DNA of 64,000 bases from Methanomassiliicoccales archaeon (GTDB lineage: Archaea; Thermoplasmatota; Thermoplasmata; Methanomassiliicoccales; UBA472), in the NCBI GenBank assembly GCA_035527755.1, contig DATKZX010000004.1:21014-85013 (forward strand), in the 5' to 3' direction. This document shows, one piece after another, positions 1-7,848 of this stretch. The position numbers and the translations under genes are program-made. Position 1 is the stretch's first letter. Every line of letters starts with the position of its first letter. A model generated the notes under the pieces. It did not search any database, had not been told where the DNA came from, and saw only the letters and a list, made by a program, of their open reading frames with translations.

Positions 1-1
1 A

Positions 2-670
2 GATCTTACCAGCAGTACCGATCTCGCCCGCAAGAGCATGGATTCCATAAGGTGGGCAGGTCTGATGACCCAGGAGATGGGGGGCAGCGTGGTCGTCACC
101 CATCTCGGACTCTATGGCAATGATAGCCCGAGGGTGGCCTCCGCAGCCATAAAGGATAAGCTTGAGGAGATCGTGGGCTGGTGGGACAAGAACGGCCTGG
201 AACCCGTGCTAGGACTGGAGACCTCTGGCAGGAAGGAGGTCTTCGGAAGTTTGGAAGAGATAATGAACATCTGCGATGATATGGACCATGTCGTTCCTGT
301 GGTCAACTTCGCTCACCTACACGCTCGTACCAATGGTATGCTCCGGGAACCAGAAGATTTCAGCGAGGTCTTCGACCGGGTCAAGAGCTATGTCGGCGAC
401 CTGTATTACACACATTTCTCAGGGGTAGAACACGACGGAGGCAACGAACGCCGGGTGACCCCCATCAAGAAAGGTGACCTGAGATTCGAACCAATGGCCG
501 AGTTCTTGGCCGATGCCAATCCCAATTCGGTCATCATCTCCAGCTCCCCTCTGCTGGAACATGATGCCATGTACATGAAGGTCATCTATGAAAGGGTGCT
601 GACCAAGAAGATATCCAAGGACAGCAAGGTCAAGAAGGCCAAGGGTGGCAAGGACGATGATGATGATTGA
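2..670 (+). CDS. Xylose-isomerase-like TIM-barrel protein related to endonuclease IV (Nfo); 5' end cut by the window edge
   Basis: The frame is open from nt 2, with no stop before the first ATG at 38, so the N-terminus lies outside the window. The segments VVVTHLG, LGLETSG..FGSLEEI and VVNFAHLHAR resemble AP-endonuclease-2/Nfo-type barrels. There is a Lys/Asp-rich tail, KKAKGGKDDDDD. This is a family-level call from memory. Confidence 0.5.
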   Translation, partial: DLTSSTDLARKSMDSIRWAGLMTQEMGGSVVVTHLGLYGNDSPRVASAAIKDKLEEIVGWWDKNGLEPVLGLETSGRKEVFGSLEEIMNICDDMDHVVPVVNFAHLHARTNGMLREPEDFSEVFDRVKSYVGDLYYTHFSGVEHDGGNERRVTPIKKGDLRFEPMAEFLADANPNSVIISSSPLLEHDAMYMKVIYERVLTKKISKDSKVKKAKGGKDDDDD

Positions 671-1206
671 AGGACACGACCGTCTATATCCTTGACGAGG
701 TCAGGCGGACCATTGAGAGGGTGGAAGAGACCGTGGTATCAGAGATCGTCGAGACCTTGGCGGCCTCACCCAAGATATTCATTTACGGCGTTGGACGATC
801 GGGATTAGTCGGAAAGGCCTTTGCCGTTCGCCTGGTTCAAATGGGTCTAAGCGTGCATTTTGTCGGCGACACCACCACCCCCATAGTCAAGAAGGGCGAT
901 CTTGTTTTCATCATATCCAATACCGGGGAGACCATGTCCGCGGTGCAGACCGCGAACATCGTCCGGAGGATAGGTGCCATCGTAATCTCGATCACCGGCA
1001 GCACTAACTCCAAATTGGGCATCGCCAGTAACATCGTCCTGGAGCTGGTCCAGCCCCGTGACGATCAAAAGAAGCGCATGGCCCCCTTAGGGACCATATT
1101 CGAGCTGGCCAGCATGGTGATGTTGGATTCGATGATCCCTTTGTTGATGACCCGCCTTAATCAGGATGAGACCTCATTGAGGCGAAGGCACGCCATCTGG
1201 GTCTGA
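667..1206 (+). CDS. hxlB: 6-phospho-3-hexuloisomerase (SIS domain, RuMP pathway)
   Basis: The SIS core IFIYGVGRSGLVGKAFAVRLVQMGL..VGDTTTP..GDLVFIISNTGET and the C-terminal LNQDETSLRRRH closely follow archaeal PHI proteins. The TTG start overlaps the upstream stop. Confidence 0.8.
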   Translation: MKDTTVYILDEVRRTIERVEETVVSEIVETLAASPKIFIYGVGRSGLVGKAFAVRLVQMGLSVHFVGDTTTPIVKKGDLVFIISNTGETMSAVQTANIVRRIGAIVISITGSTNSKLGIASNIVLELVQPRDDQKKRMAPLGTIFELASMVMLDSMIPLLMTRLNQDETSLRRRHAIWV

Positions 1207-1207
1207 G

Positions 1208-1840
1208 TCACTCGCTAAGCTTGCGCGACCTCACGCTCTCCCCATAGTAAGGGTTCTGATACTCATCCCAATAGACCAGGAACTTACGCCGTTGGACTTC
1301 CCCATTGCGCAAACAGAACGCCTCCATCTCTTTGCGGACCGGGTCCACGACCAAGGCGGTGTGATAGGGACGATCGAACATGCCCTTCTGAGTGGCTATG
1401 TCAGTGGACGAGAGGAAACACCCGTGACCAGGGTGGGAATGGTACCAGCCCACCAGCACGTAGCGGAAGCGAGTGGATTCAAGAGAGGTGAACAGCGATT
1501 CAAAACCTTCGGGATCGAATCTAACGCTGACAGGAGTGGCTTCAAGATCGGTCGTAGCGACATCCCTCACCACCGTGTATTCACGACCTTGATGAGTGAA
1601 CACCTCCCCCAGCAGCAGACCCATGACCTCCAGTCCGTCCTTGGTGCGGCTGAGGGCGTGGTTGCGCACCTTCTCTTCGGCCATCTTGAACAAGTACATC
1701 TCCGTTCCGTCATTTTCGGAGTATAGGCGACGAGCATCCTTGGACAGCCATTTATGCGGTAATGTACGCTCGGGAGAAGGAGGGTCCCTCTCTTCCACCT
1801 CCATGTCCTGGCCCCCGAGTATTACTGGAGGGCGCCTCAA
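1208..1840 (-). CDS. JAMM/MPN+ metalloprotease, Rpn11/CSN5-like (putative Ubl-processing and deconjugating enzyme)
   Basis: It carries the catalytic Glu context LEVMGLLLGE and the full JAMM motif GWYHSHPGHGCFLSSTD (HxHx7Sx2D). The TTG start forms a TTGA overlap with the E2 stop and is preceded by AAGGTGGTG. An alternative ATG lies at 1804. Confidence 0.85.
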   Translation of the reverse strand: MRRPPVILGGQDMEVEERDPPSPERTLPHKWLSKDARRLYSENDGTEMYLFKMAEEKVRNHALSRTKDGLEVMGLLLGEVFTHQGREYTVVRDVATTDLEATPVSVRFDPEGFESLFTSLESTRFRYVLVGWYHSHPGHGCFLSSTDIATQKGMFDRPYHTALVVDPVRKEMEAFCLRNGEVQRRKFLVYWDEYQNPYYGESVRSRKLSE

Positions 1841-2343
1841 GATCGCACCACCTTAGGGGGAGGGGCGGTAATGATGGGGATGGGTTTCTTTTTTCCAGAA
1901 TTATAATACTGGGCGGCCGAAGTGCAACTATCTGTTCCGAACGGACTTCCCCCATTGGGCGCGATCAACATGGATTCCAGACCTTTGATGAACGTTGAAA
2001 GGGTGGAATTAAAGGACCATTCGGAGAGCAGCTTGATGCAGACATGGCCCCCGTCCTCCGGCATCATGATATTGGGATGAAAGATGGGCGTCCTCCAGAT
2101 CACCAAAGGCTTCTCAAAGGGATATTCCCGACCAATGATCAGTTGCAAGCGGTGAGAATATCGATAGGTTACCTTGTCGTTCTCCATTATCGGACCGGGC
2201 GTGTGCTCCAGACTGATGTCAACTTTAAGTGGGAAGGATGTTAGATGCTCCTCTCCAAGATCGAACTCGGCCGGAAGGTAGTTACTGCAAACCTCGAGCT
2301 CGTTCCTCAAACGAATGTAGAGTATCTCCAAGGGCAAGGTCAT
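1837..2343 (-). CDS. Ubiquitin-conjugating enzyme (E2, UBC fold)-like protein
   Basis: YPFEKPLVIWRTPIFHPNIMMPEDGGHVCIKLLSEWS matches the UBC signature: YPF.P, the HPN triad, the catalytic Cys, and a downstream Trp. The start forms an ATGA overlap with the Ubl stop, and its own stop overlaps the JAMM start. Confidence 0.8.
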   Translation of the reverse strand: MTLPLEILYIRLRNELEVCSNYLPAEFDLGEEHLTSFPLKVDISLEHTPGPIMENDKVTYRYSHRLQLIIGREYPFEKPLVIWRTPIFHPNIMMPEDGGHVCIKLLSEWSFNSTLSTFIKGLESMLIAPNGGSPFGTDSCTSAAQYYNSGKKKPIPIITAPPPKVVRS

Positions 2344-2585
2344 CTGCTTCCGCCTTCGGGGTCGGGTATCAGTTCCAGCTCTTCACTGGACGTAAGGTCC
2401 AGGTCCTGGACCTTCTGTTGCCCGCGTAAAAGACGGCGCCCCCTGCGTATCACATATGCACCGGGATCCTTTTCCCAATAGGCCGAGACACCTTCGATTA
2501 TCTCCTCCACGCTGTTCTCGCCCTCTAGTTCCATGTCCACCGTGGCCCCGGTCTCCGCGTTCCTGATTCTTACTCTTACCACCAT
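2340..2585 (-). CDS. Ubiquitin-like small protein (beta-grasp size) with a C-terminal GG followed by a two-residue propeptide (SR)
   Basis: The protein is 81 aa. Its alternating strand/helix pattern (VVRVRIRN / ATVDMELE / SVEEIIEGVSAYW / YVIRRGRRLL / ELELIP) is compatible with a beta-grasp fold. It ends PDPEGG-SR. It sits between the E1-like and E2-like genes. Confidence 0.7.
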   Translation of the reverse strand: MVVRVRIRNAETGATVDMELEGENSVEEIIEGVSAYWEKDPGAYVIRRGRRLLRGQQKVQDLDLTSSEELELIPDPEGGSR

Positions 2586-2655
2586 GATATCGAACTGGTC
2601 AATCTTGAGGTAGGGCGTATAATCCTTTCCATTAGAATCAGCATAATGATAATGC

Positions 2656-3462
2656 CTATACCAGATGATTGGGGCACCCAGGGTCCTTTTCCAACAGGAG
2701 CACGTCGGAAGTGCCTTTCAATCCATCGTAATACATGACATGTTGAACGACATCCATGCCTGAGAGCGATTTCACCGCCTCCCGGACCTGTATGGCGGCC
2801 ACTACGCTAGTCGTTGTTATCTCCGCGGCCATCTTGGGCTGGTAGAAGACGGTGTCCTGACCAGTACAACTGAACCTGTGCTCCATCACCCTGAAGTGGC
2901 TGCGATTCATGGTGCATTGCAAACATGGTGTCACCGGAGGTATGATCACCTGGACCTTACCCCGGAAACCATCGGTCCCGCCGTCGATATACGGCACTTT
3001 GGAGTAATAGGAATTAGCATTGAGATGCAGGCGAGCGGCAATGTTATCCAAGCACCCCAGGACCATATCGTAACTGGTCAGTTCCTTCGGACCCAGCGAT
3101 TGCACCTTTCCTTGTAGAGGTTTGATCTCCACGTCGGGATTGAGCATGCGAGCCCTCTCGGCCACCAGATCGGATTTGCCTTTTCCGGATAACTGGTCCC
3201 CTTCTCTGAAAAGTACACATCGGTTGAGATTAGAACGGACCACCTGATCCATGTCCAGAACGTCCAGGTGCTTGAACCCGAACAAGACCAGGTCCTTCAC
3301 CACCTCATTGCCCAACGCTCCGGCGCCGACCACCAATATCTTGGACCTCTGAACCGCATCCAGGTCCACCCAGCCTATGCGCCTTGTCCTATCCAACCGG
3401 TCAAGGTCCGGTTCGCCAGGGCGGATCACGTCTTCCATGCCTTGGAAATATTTGCCCAGCAT
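2656..3462 (-). CDS. E1-like adenylating enzyme (ThiF/MoeB/UBA family), minimal 268-aa form
   Basis: It has the nucleotide-binding motif ILVVGAGALGNEVVKDL, followed by LDMDQVVRSNLNRCVLF. It has Cys pairs CLQC and CPNH, and a candidate catalytic Cys in RFSCTG. It is the first gene of the operon. Confidence 0.85.
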   Translation of the reverse strand: MLGKYFQGMEDVIRPGEPDLDRLDRTRRIGWVDLDAVQRSKILVVGAGALGNEVVKDLVLFGFKHLDVLDMDQVVRSNLNRCVLFREGDQLSGKGKSDLVAERARMLNPDVEIKPLQGKVQSLGPKELTSYDMVLGCLDNIAARLHLNANSYYSKVPYIDGGTDGFRGKVQVIIPPVTPCLQCTMNRSHFRVMEHRFSCTGQDTVFYQPKMAAEITTTSVVAAIQVREAVKSLSGMDVVQHVMYYDGLKGTSDVLLLEKDPGCPNHLV

Positions 3463-3562
3463 ATAATAATTGAACAGTACTAGTACATAATATGATAATG
3501 AAATAAATCAGTCTGGACTGCTAACTTCATATATCCTGCGGTCAGTTATAATATGGATAATC
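3463..3562. promoter_or_regulatory. Divergent AT-rich promoter region between the E1-like gene and ppk1
   Basis: A 100-nt AT-rich spacer contains several TATA-like tracts (ATATAATAAT, ATAATATGATAATGAAATAAAT, TTATAATATGGATAAT) and the perfect 10-nt palindrome GTACTAGTAC at 3477-3486. Confidence 0.4.
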
Positions 3563-5698
3563 ATGCCCTCTGGGAAGAGCAAAGAAGGTAAAAAGGGAAC
3601 GGCCAAGCGAAGCACTGGAGTCGAATCCCTGAAACCAGATTCCACAGGGTCGTTCCTGAACAGGGAGATCAGCTGGGTGAAGTTCCATCGTCGCATCCTG
3701 GAGGAGGCACTGGACGAGGAGCACCCTCTCCTGGAAAGGGTCAAGTTCTTGGCCATCTGCGGCAGCAATCTGGATGAATTCTTCATGGTCCGTGTCTCCG
3801 GGCTGAAACGACAGTTGAAAAAGGGGGCGTTGGAAGCACCCCCGGACGGACTGACACCTTTGGAGCAGATGGAGATCATAAACCATGACCTGCTACCGTT
3901 GCTGGAGCTGCACGGCAAGTGCTGGTATGACGACATTCTACCTAAGCTCAAGGCCCAAGGCATCAGCATTCGTCGCATAAAGGACCTTGACCCGCAACAG
4001 CGGGAGGGTCTGCGAGACTTCTTCGAAAGAATGGTGTTCCCCGCGATGACGCCTTTGGCCTTGGACTTCAATCAGCCATTTCCTTTCATTTCCAATCTCA
4101 GTATCAATCTGGCAGTGGTCGTTCACCATCCCCAGAGAGGCGAACGTTATGCCAGGGTGAAGGTCCCGGTGGACCTTTTCCCCCGCTTCGTTTCTTTACC
4201 TGGAACCAACCCGGGCCGCTCACAGGACTTCGTATTGCTCGAAGACCTTGTGACTGACAATCTGGACCTGCTCTTTCCGGGCATGAAGATCAAGGAAGTT
4301 CATACTTTCCGCATCACTCGGGACGCGGACATCGAGATAACCATGGACGAGGCTGAAGACCTGCTGACCGCCATCGAGGAAAGCGTGGAGACCAGGAGGA
4401 TCGGTTCACCGGCCAGGCTAGAGGTGGACAAGGACATGCCCGAGAGGATGGTCGATCTCTTCAGTAATAAGTTGGGGCTTCACCCGTTGGCCGTATTTCG
4501 CTCGTTCGCCCCCCTGGCCCTCGGCGGTTTCTGGGACCTCCTTTCCATCAATCGCCCGGACTTGAAGGACCCGCCCTTCCTACCTTATGTTCACCCGGAC
4601 CTCGCGCCGGAAAAGGATATCATGACAGCCGTGGACCGACGTGACCGGCTGTTCTACCATCCCTACGATAGCTTCGTGCCCTTGGTCACCTTCCTGAAGC
4701 AAGCAGCTCACGACCCCCATGTGCTTGCCATTAAGATAACCCTCTATCGTATTGACAAGCACTCCCCCATCATCGACGCCCTGATGGAGGCCAGAGAGAA
4801 TGGCAAGGCGGTGGCCGCCGTGGTGGAATTGAAGGCTCGCTTCGATGAAGAGAACAACATCGTCTGGGCCCGGGCCTTGGAACGAGCAGGTGTCCATGTG
4901 GTGTATGGTCTGCTGGACCTCAAGGTGCATGCCAAGGTGTTGCTGGTGGTCAAGAAGAAGGGCAATGACATCGTACGATACACGCACATGGGCTCGGGTA
5001 ACTACAACGCACAGACGGCCAGGGTATACGGGGACATCGGATATCTGACCAGCGATCCGGACATTGGGGCGGACGCTGCCGATCTGTTCAACTCGTTGAC
5101 GGGGTATGCGCAAAAGGAGAGCTACCGCAAACTGCTGGTTGCCCCGGCGACCTTGAAGAGGGAACTGATATTCAGAATAGACCGGGAGGCCCAGAGACAT
5201 AAAGATCATGGCGACGGCTACATAGCCTTCAAGTTGAACGGGTTGCTGGACAAGGAGGTCATATCGGCCTTGTACCGAGCGTCCAATGCCGGGGTCACGA
5301 TCGATCTGAACGTGCGCGGGCTCTGTGCGCTGAGACCCGGTATCAAAGGCATTAGCGAGAACATCAAGGTCAGTAGCATCGTCGGCCGGTTCCTGGAGCA
5401 TGCCCGCATATTATATTTCCGAAATGGGGGGGAGGAAGAGGTGTTCCTGGGCAGCTCTGACCTTATGCCGCGCAACCTCCACCGTCGAGTGGAGGTGCTA
5501 TTCCCGGTCCTGGACGAACAGTACCGACGAATGCTGGTGGACAAGATCTTACCCATTCATCTTCGGGACAACGTGAAATCGCGCGACCTGCTACCGGACG
5601 GAAGCTATGTCAAAAAAAGACCTAAGAAGGGAGAGGAAAGGGTCGATTCTCAAGAATGGCTGATCAAGAATCGTGGTATCTGGCACAAGGAGGAGTGA
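3563..5698 (+). CDS. ppk1: Polyphosphate kinase 1
   Basis: The 711-aa protein has the N-terminal FLNREISWVKFHRRILEEA..HPLLERVKFLAI..NLDEFFMVRV. It has two PLD-like C-terminal domains (KVHAKVLLV.., GSSDLMPRNL.RRVEV) typical of PPK1. Confidence 0.95.
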   Translation: MPSGKSKEGKKGTAKRSTGVESLKPDSTGSFLNREISWVKFHRRILEEALDEEHPLLERVKFLAICGSNLDEFFMVRVSGLKRQLKKGALEAPPDGLTPLEQMEIINHDLLPLLELHGKCWYDDILPKLKAQGISIRRIKDLDPQQREGLRDFFERMVFPAMTPLALDFNQPFPFISNLSINLAVVVHHPQRGERYARVKVPVDLFPRFVSLPGTNPGRSQDFVLLEDLVTDNLDLLFPGMKIKEVHTFRITRDADIEITMDEAEDLLTAIEESVETRRIGSPARLEVDKDMPERMVDLFSNKLGLHPLAVFRSFAPLALGGFWDLLSINRPDLKDPPFLPYVHPDLAPEKDIMTAVDRRDRLFYHPYDSFVPLVTFLKQAAHDPHVLAIKITLYRIDKHSPIIDALMEARENGKAVAAVVELKARFDEENNIVWARALERAGVHVVYGLLDLKVHAKVLLVVKKKGNDIVRYTHMGSGNYNAQTARVYGDIGYLTSDPDIGADAADLFNSLTGYAQKESYRKLLVAPATLKRELIFRIDREAQRHKDHGDGYIAFKLNGLLDKEVISALYRASNAGVTIDLNVRGLCALRPGIKGISENIKVSSIVGRFLEHARILYFRNGGEEEVFLGSSDLMPRNLHRRVEVLFPVLDEQYRRMLVDKILPIHLRDNVKSRDLLPDGSYVKKRPKKGEERVDSQEWLIKNRGIWHKEE

Positions 5699-5700
5699 GA

Positions 5701-7848
5701 ATGAGGCAGGAGGAACTGTGCCATTTCGGCCAAGAGGTGACGAAAGAGCGATTGACCGCCCTACTGGCGGAGGTTGACGGTGTTCGCAAAGGTGAGGATA
5801 TCGAATGCGTACATCGCATGCGCGTGGCCAGCCGACGTCTGCGCTCGGCATTGCGCCTGTTCCAGGAATGCTTCAAGGAAAGGAAGGCCAAACGTTGGCG
5901 ACAAGCGGTCAAAGAGATCACCTCCGCCCTAGGCGAAGCGAGGGACCTGGACGTCCAGATAGATTTTCTTGAGGAACTCGGTAAGAATTGGGAAGGAGCG
6001 GAGAGAGACGGACTGCGGGAGATCGTCCGTACCTTCAGGGACAGGAGGGCGACGTTGCAGCCTGACATCGTAGCGCTCATGGACCGTATGACCGCTGAGA
6101 ACCCCCTCAGGGAAATGGAACGGGAGCTGATGGGTGTGGAGAAGTGGCAGGGAGACCTTTCCGCGATCAGCTCCCACGCCTACGCTCATTCGGCCATTGC
6201 CGTGGAGGAACTTATGGCCCATTCGTATTCGGTGCCGGTCTACGAGGACTGGGAGGGCCATCATGCCCTTCGAATCGCTGGGAAGCGCCTGCGCTATGCC
6301 CTGGAGGCGTTCCGAGGGGCCTACTCCGACGGTCTGACCGAAGAGATACGCACCCTCAAGGGATTGCAGGACGTCGTAGGGGACCTGCATGACTGCGACA
6401 TATGGTTACAGCGCCTACCGGAAATGCGGGAAAGGATGCCGGAAGCGGAAAAGGCATTGGACCGTCTGCAAAGTGACCGCGAACTGCGTCGAAGGAAGCT
6501 GCATGGGAAGCTGATGGAGAGCTGGAACGTCCTGTTGCAGGAAAGGTTCTTCTACCGCGTATTGGACAAGCTAAAAGAACATGGGACGGAGGAGGTCTGC
6601 CCTATGAACGTGGCGCTGATCTCGGACGTGCACGGGAACGAGTTGGCATTGAGGGCGGTCATGTCTCACGCGCGCGAAAGGGGAGTGTCGGCGATACTCC
6701 ACGCGGGTGACGCCGTCGGTGCTCCGAGGCCCAACCAGGTCATCGATCTGCTCAGGGGTGCGGACGTGCTCAGCGTCGCTGGGAACATAGACAGGACCGT
6801 TCTGGAGGCCCACCATAGGCGCGGCAGATGCTTCGACGCCTCCCTCGAATTCCTGGTCAATGATCTGAATGATAAGGGCTGGGAATGGTTATCTTCCCTG
6901 CCCACGGAGGTACGGTTAGACATTTGCGGCCGGACGGTTCTCATGACCCACGGTTCCCCTGGCAATGATCGGGAGAAACTGCTCCCCGCCACACCCGAAT
7001 CGCGATTGAAGTGTGTAGCCCAGGATGCCAAGGCGGACGTGGTGATCACTGGACATTCCCATATCCCTATGCACCGGGAGGTGTCGCACACCCTATTTGT
7101 CAATCCGGGGAGCGTAGGGCGGCCGAGGGGTGGGACTCGGGCCTGCTACGCCATACTGACATTTCCGATGATGGAAATACAGCACTATCAGGTCAAGTAC
7201 GACTCCCAAAAGATGGCCGATGAGGTGCTGGCACAGGGATTCCAGGACCAGGCCAAGGATATTGGCGAGGGGAGGAAGGAGGATAGGGTGGAGGCCGTAG
7301 GTCAGTGGGCCATGTTGCTCCAACCAGACCAGGGGCATATAGAACAGGTGCGGACCCTGGCACTTCAGCTCTTTGACCAAACGAAAGGATTACACCGATC
7401 GAAAGAAGGTGACCGCGAGCTGCTGGAGATGGCCGCCCTGGCCCATGATGTAGGATTATATCAGGGCGGGGAGGGACACCAGCGGAGAGCCTTGGACCTG
7501 ATCATGGAGGCCGAACTACCCCTGGACCGGAGAGATCAGATGATGGTGGCTTGCATCTCCCGCTACCATGGTTGCCGCTCACCGCGGGAGAACGACCGCG
7601 TCTTCAGAGACCTTAAGCAGAGGGACCGTAGACGTGTGCGAAAGCTCGCTGCCTTGCTGGCCATCGCTGATGCCCTGGACCGGGGACACGATTCCCGGGT
7701 GACCGGCGTGACCGCCGTGGTGTCGAAAAAGGAGGTCCGCCTTCAACTGGCAGGTAGTGGACCGTTCATACTGGAACGGGAATGGGTCGGGTATAAACAA
7801 TGCCAGTTCGAAAGTGTGTTCAGTAGGAGGGTCTGCCTTGAACAATGA
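5701..7848 (+). CDS. Three-domain fusion: CHAD domain, calcineurin-like metallophosphoesterase, and a Ppx/GppA C-terminal (HD-like) domain
   Basis: The start was moved to ATG 5701, which has AGGAGG 8 nt upstream and lies 2 nt after the ppk1 stop. The CHAD wording is VHRMRVASRRLRSALRLF and HALRIAGKRLRYALE. The MPP motifs are DVHGN, GDAVG, GNID, THGS and GHSH. The C-terminal 170 aa parallel the C-terminus of the next gene (AALAHDVGL.., SRYHG, LLAIADALDRGH). No in-frame stop separates the domains. Confidence 0.8.
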   Translation: MRQEELCHFGQEVTKERLTALLAEVDGVRKGEDIECVHRMRVASRRLRSALRLFQECFKERKAKRWRQAVKEITSALGEARDLDVQIDFLEELGKNWEGAERDGLREIVRTFRDRRATLQPDIVALMDRMTAENPLREMERELMGVEKWQGDLSAISSHAYAHSAIAVEELMAHSYSVPVYEDWEGHHALRIAGKRLRYALEAFRGAYSDGLTEEIRTLKGLQDVVGDLHDCDIWLQRLPEMRERMPEAEKALDRLQSDRELRRRKLHGKLMESWNVLLQERFFYRVLDKLKEHGTEEVCPMNVALISDVHGNELALRAVMSHARERGVSAILHAGDAVGAPRPNQVIDLLRGADVLSVAGNIDRTVLEAHHRRGRCFDASLEFLVNDLNDKGWEWLSSLPTEVRLDICGRTVLMTHGSPGNDREKLLPATPESRLKCVAQDAKADVVITGHSHIPMHREVSHTLFVNPGSVGRPRGGTRACYAILTFPMMEIQHYQVKYDSQKMADEVLAQGFQDQAKDIGEGRKEDRVEAVGQWAMLLQPDQGHIEQVRTLALQLFDQTKGLHRSKEGDRELLEMAALAHDVGLYQGGEGHQRRALDLIMEAELPLDRRDQMMVACISRYHGCRSPRENDRVFRDLKQRDRRRVRKLAALLAIADALDRGHDSRVTGVTAVVSKKEVRLQLAGSGPFILEREWVGYKQCQFESVFSRRVCLEQ

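Noticed and set aside
2638-2658. I considered TAG stop codons as possible pyrrolysine or read-through sites. The E1-like gene, the NUDIX gene (20817-20819) and kae1 end in TAG, with an in-frame TGA 5, 3 and 14 codons later.
   Set aside because: By my manual tally, TAG ends 8 of about 68 genes (TGA about 45, TAA about 15). TAG is therefore an ordinary, if minority, stop here. No pyl or methylamine methyltransferase genes are in the window. The short extensions carry no recognisable sequence.
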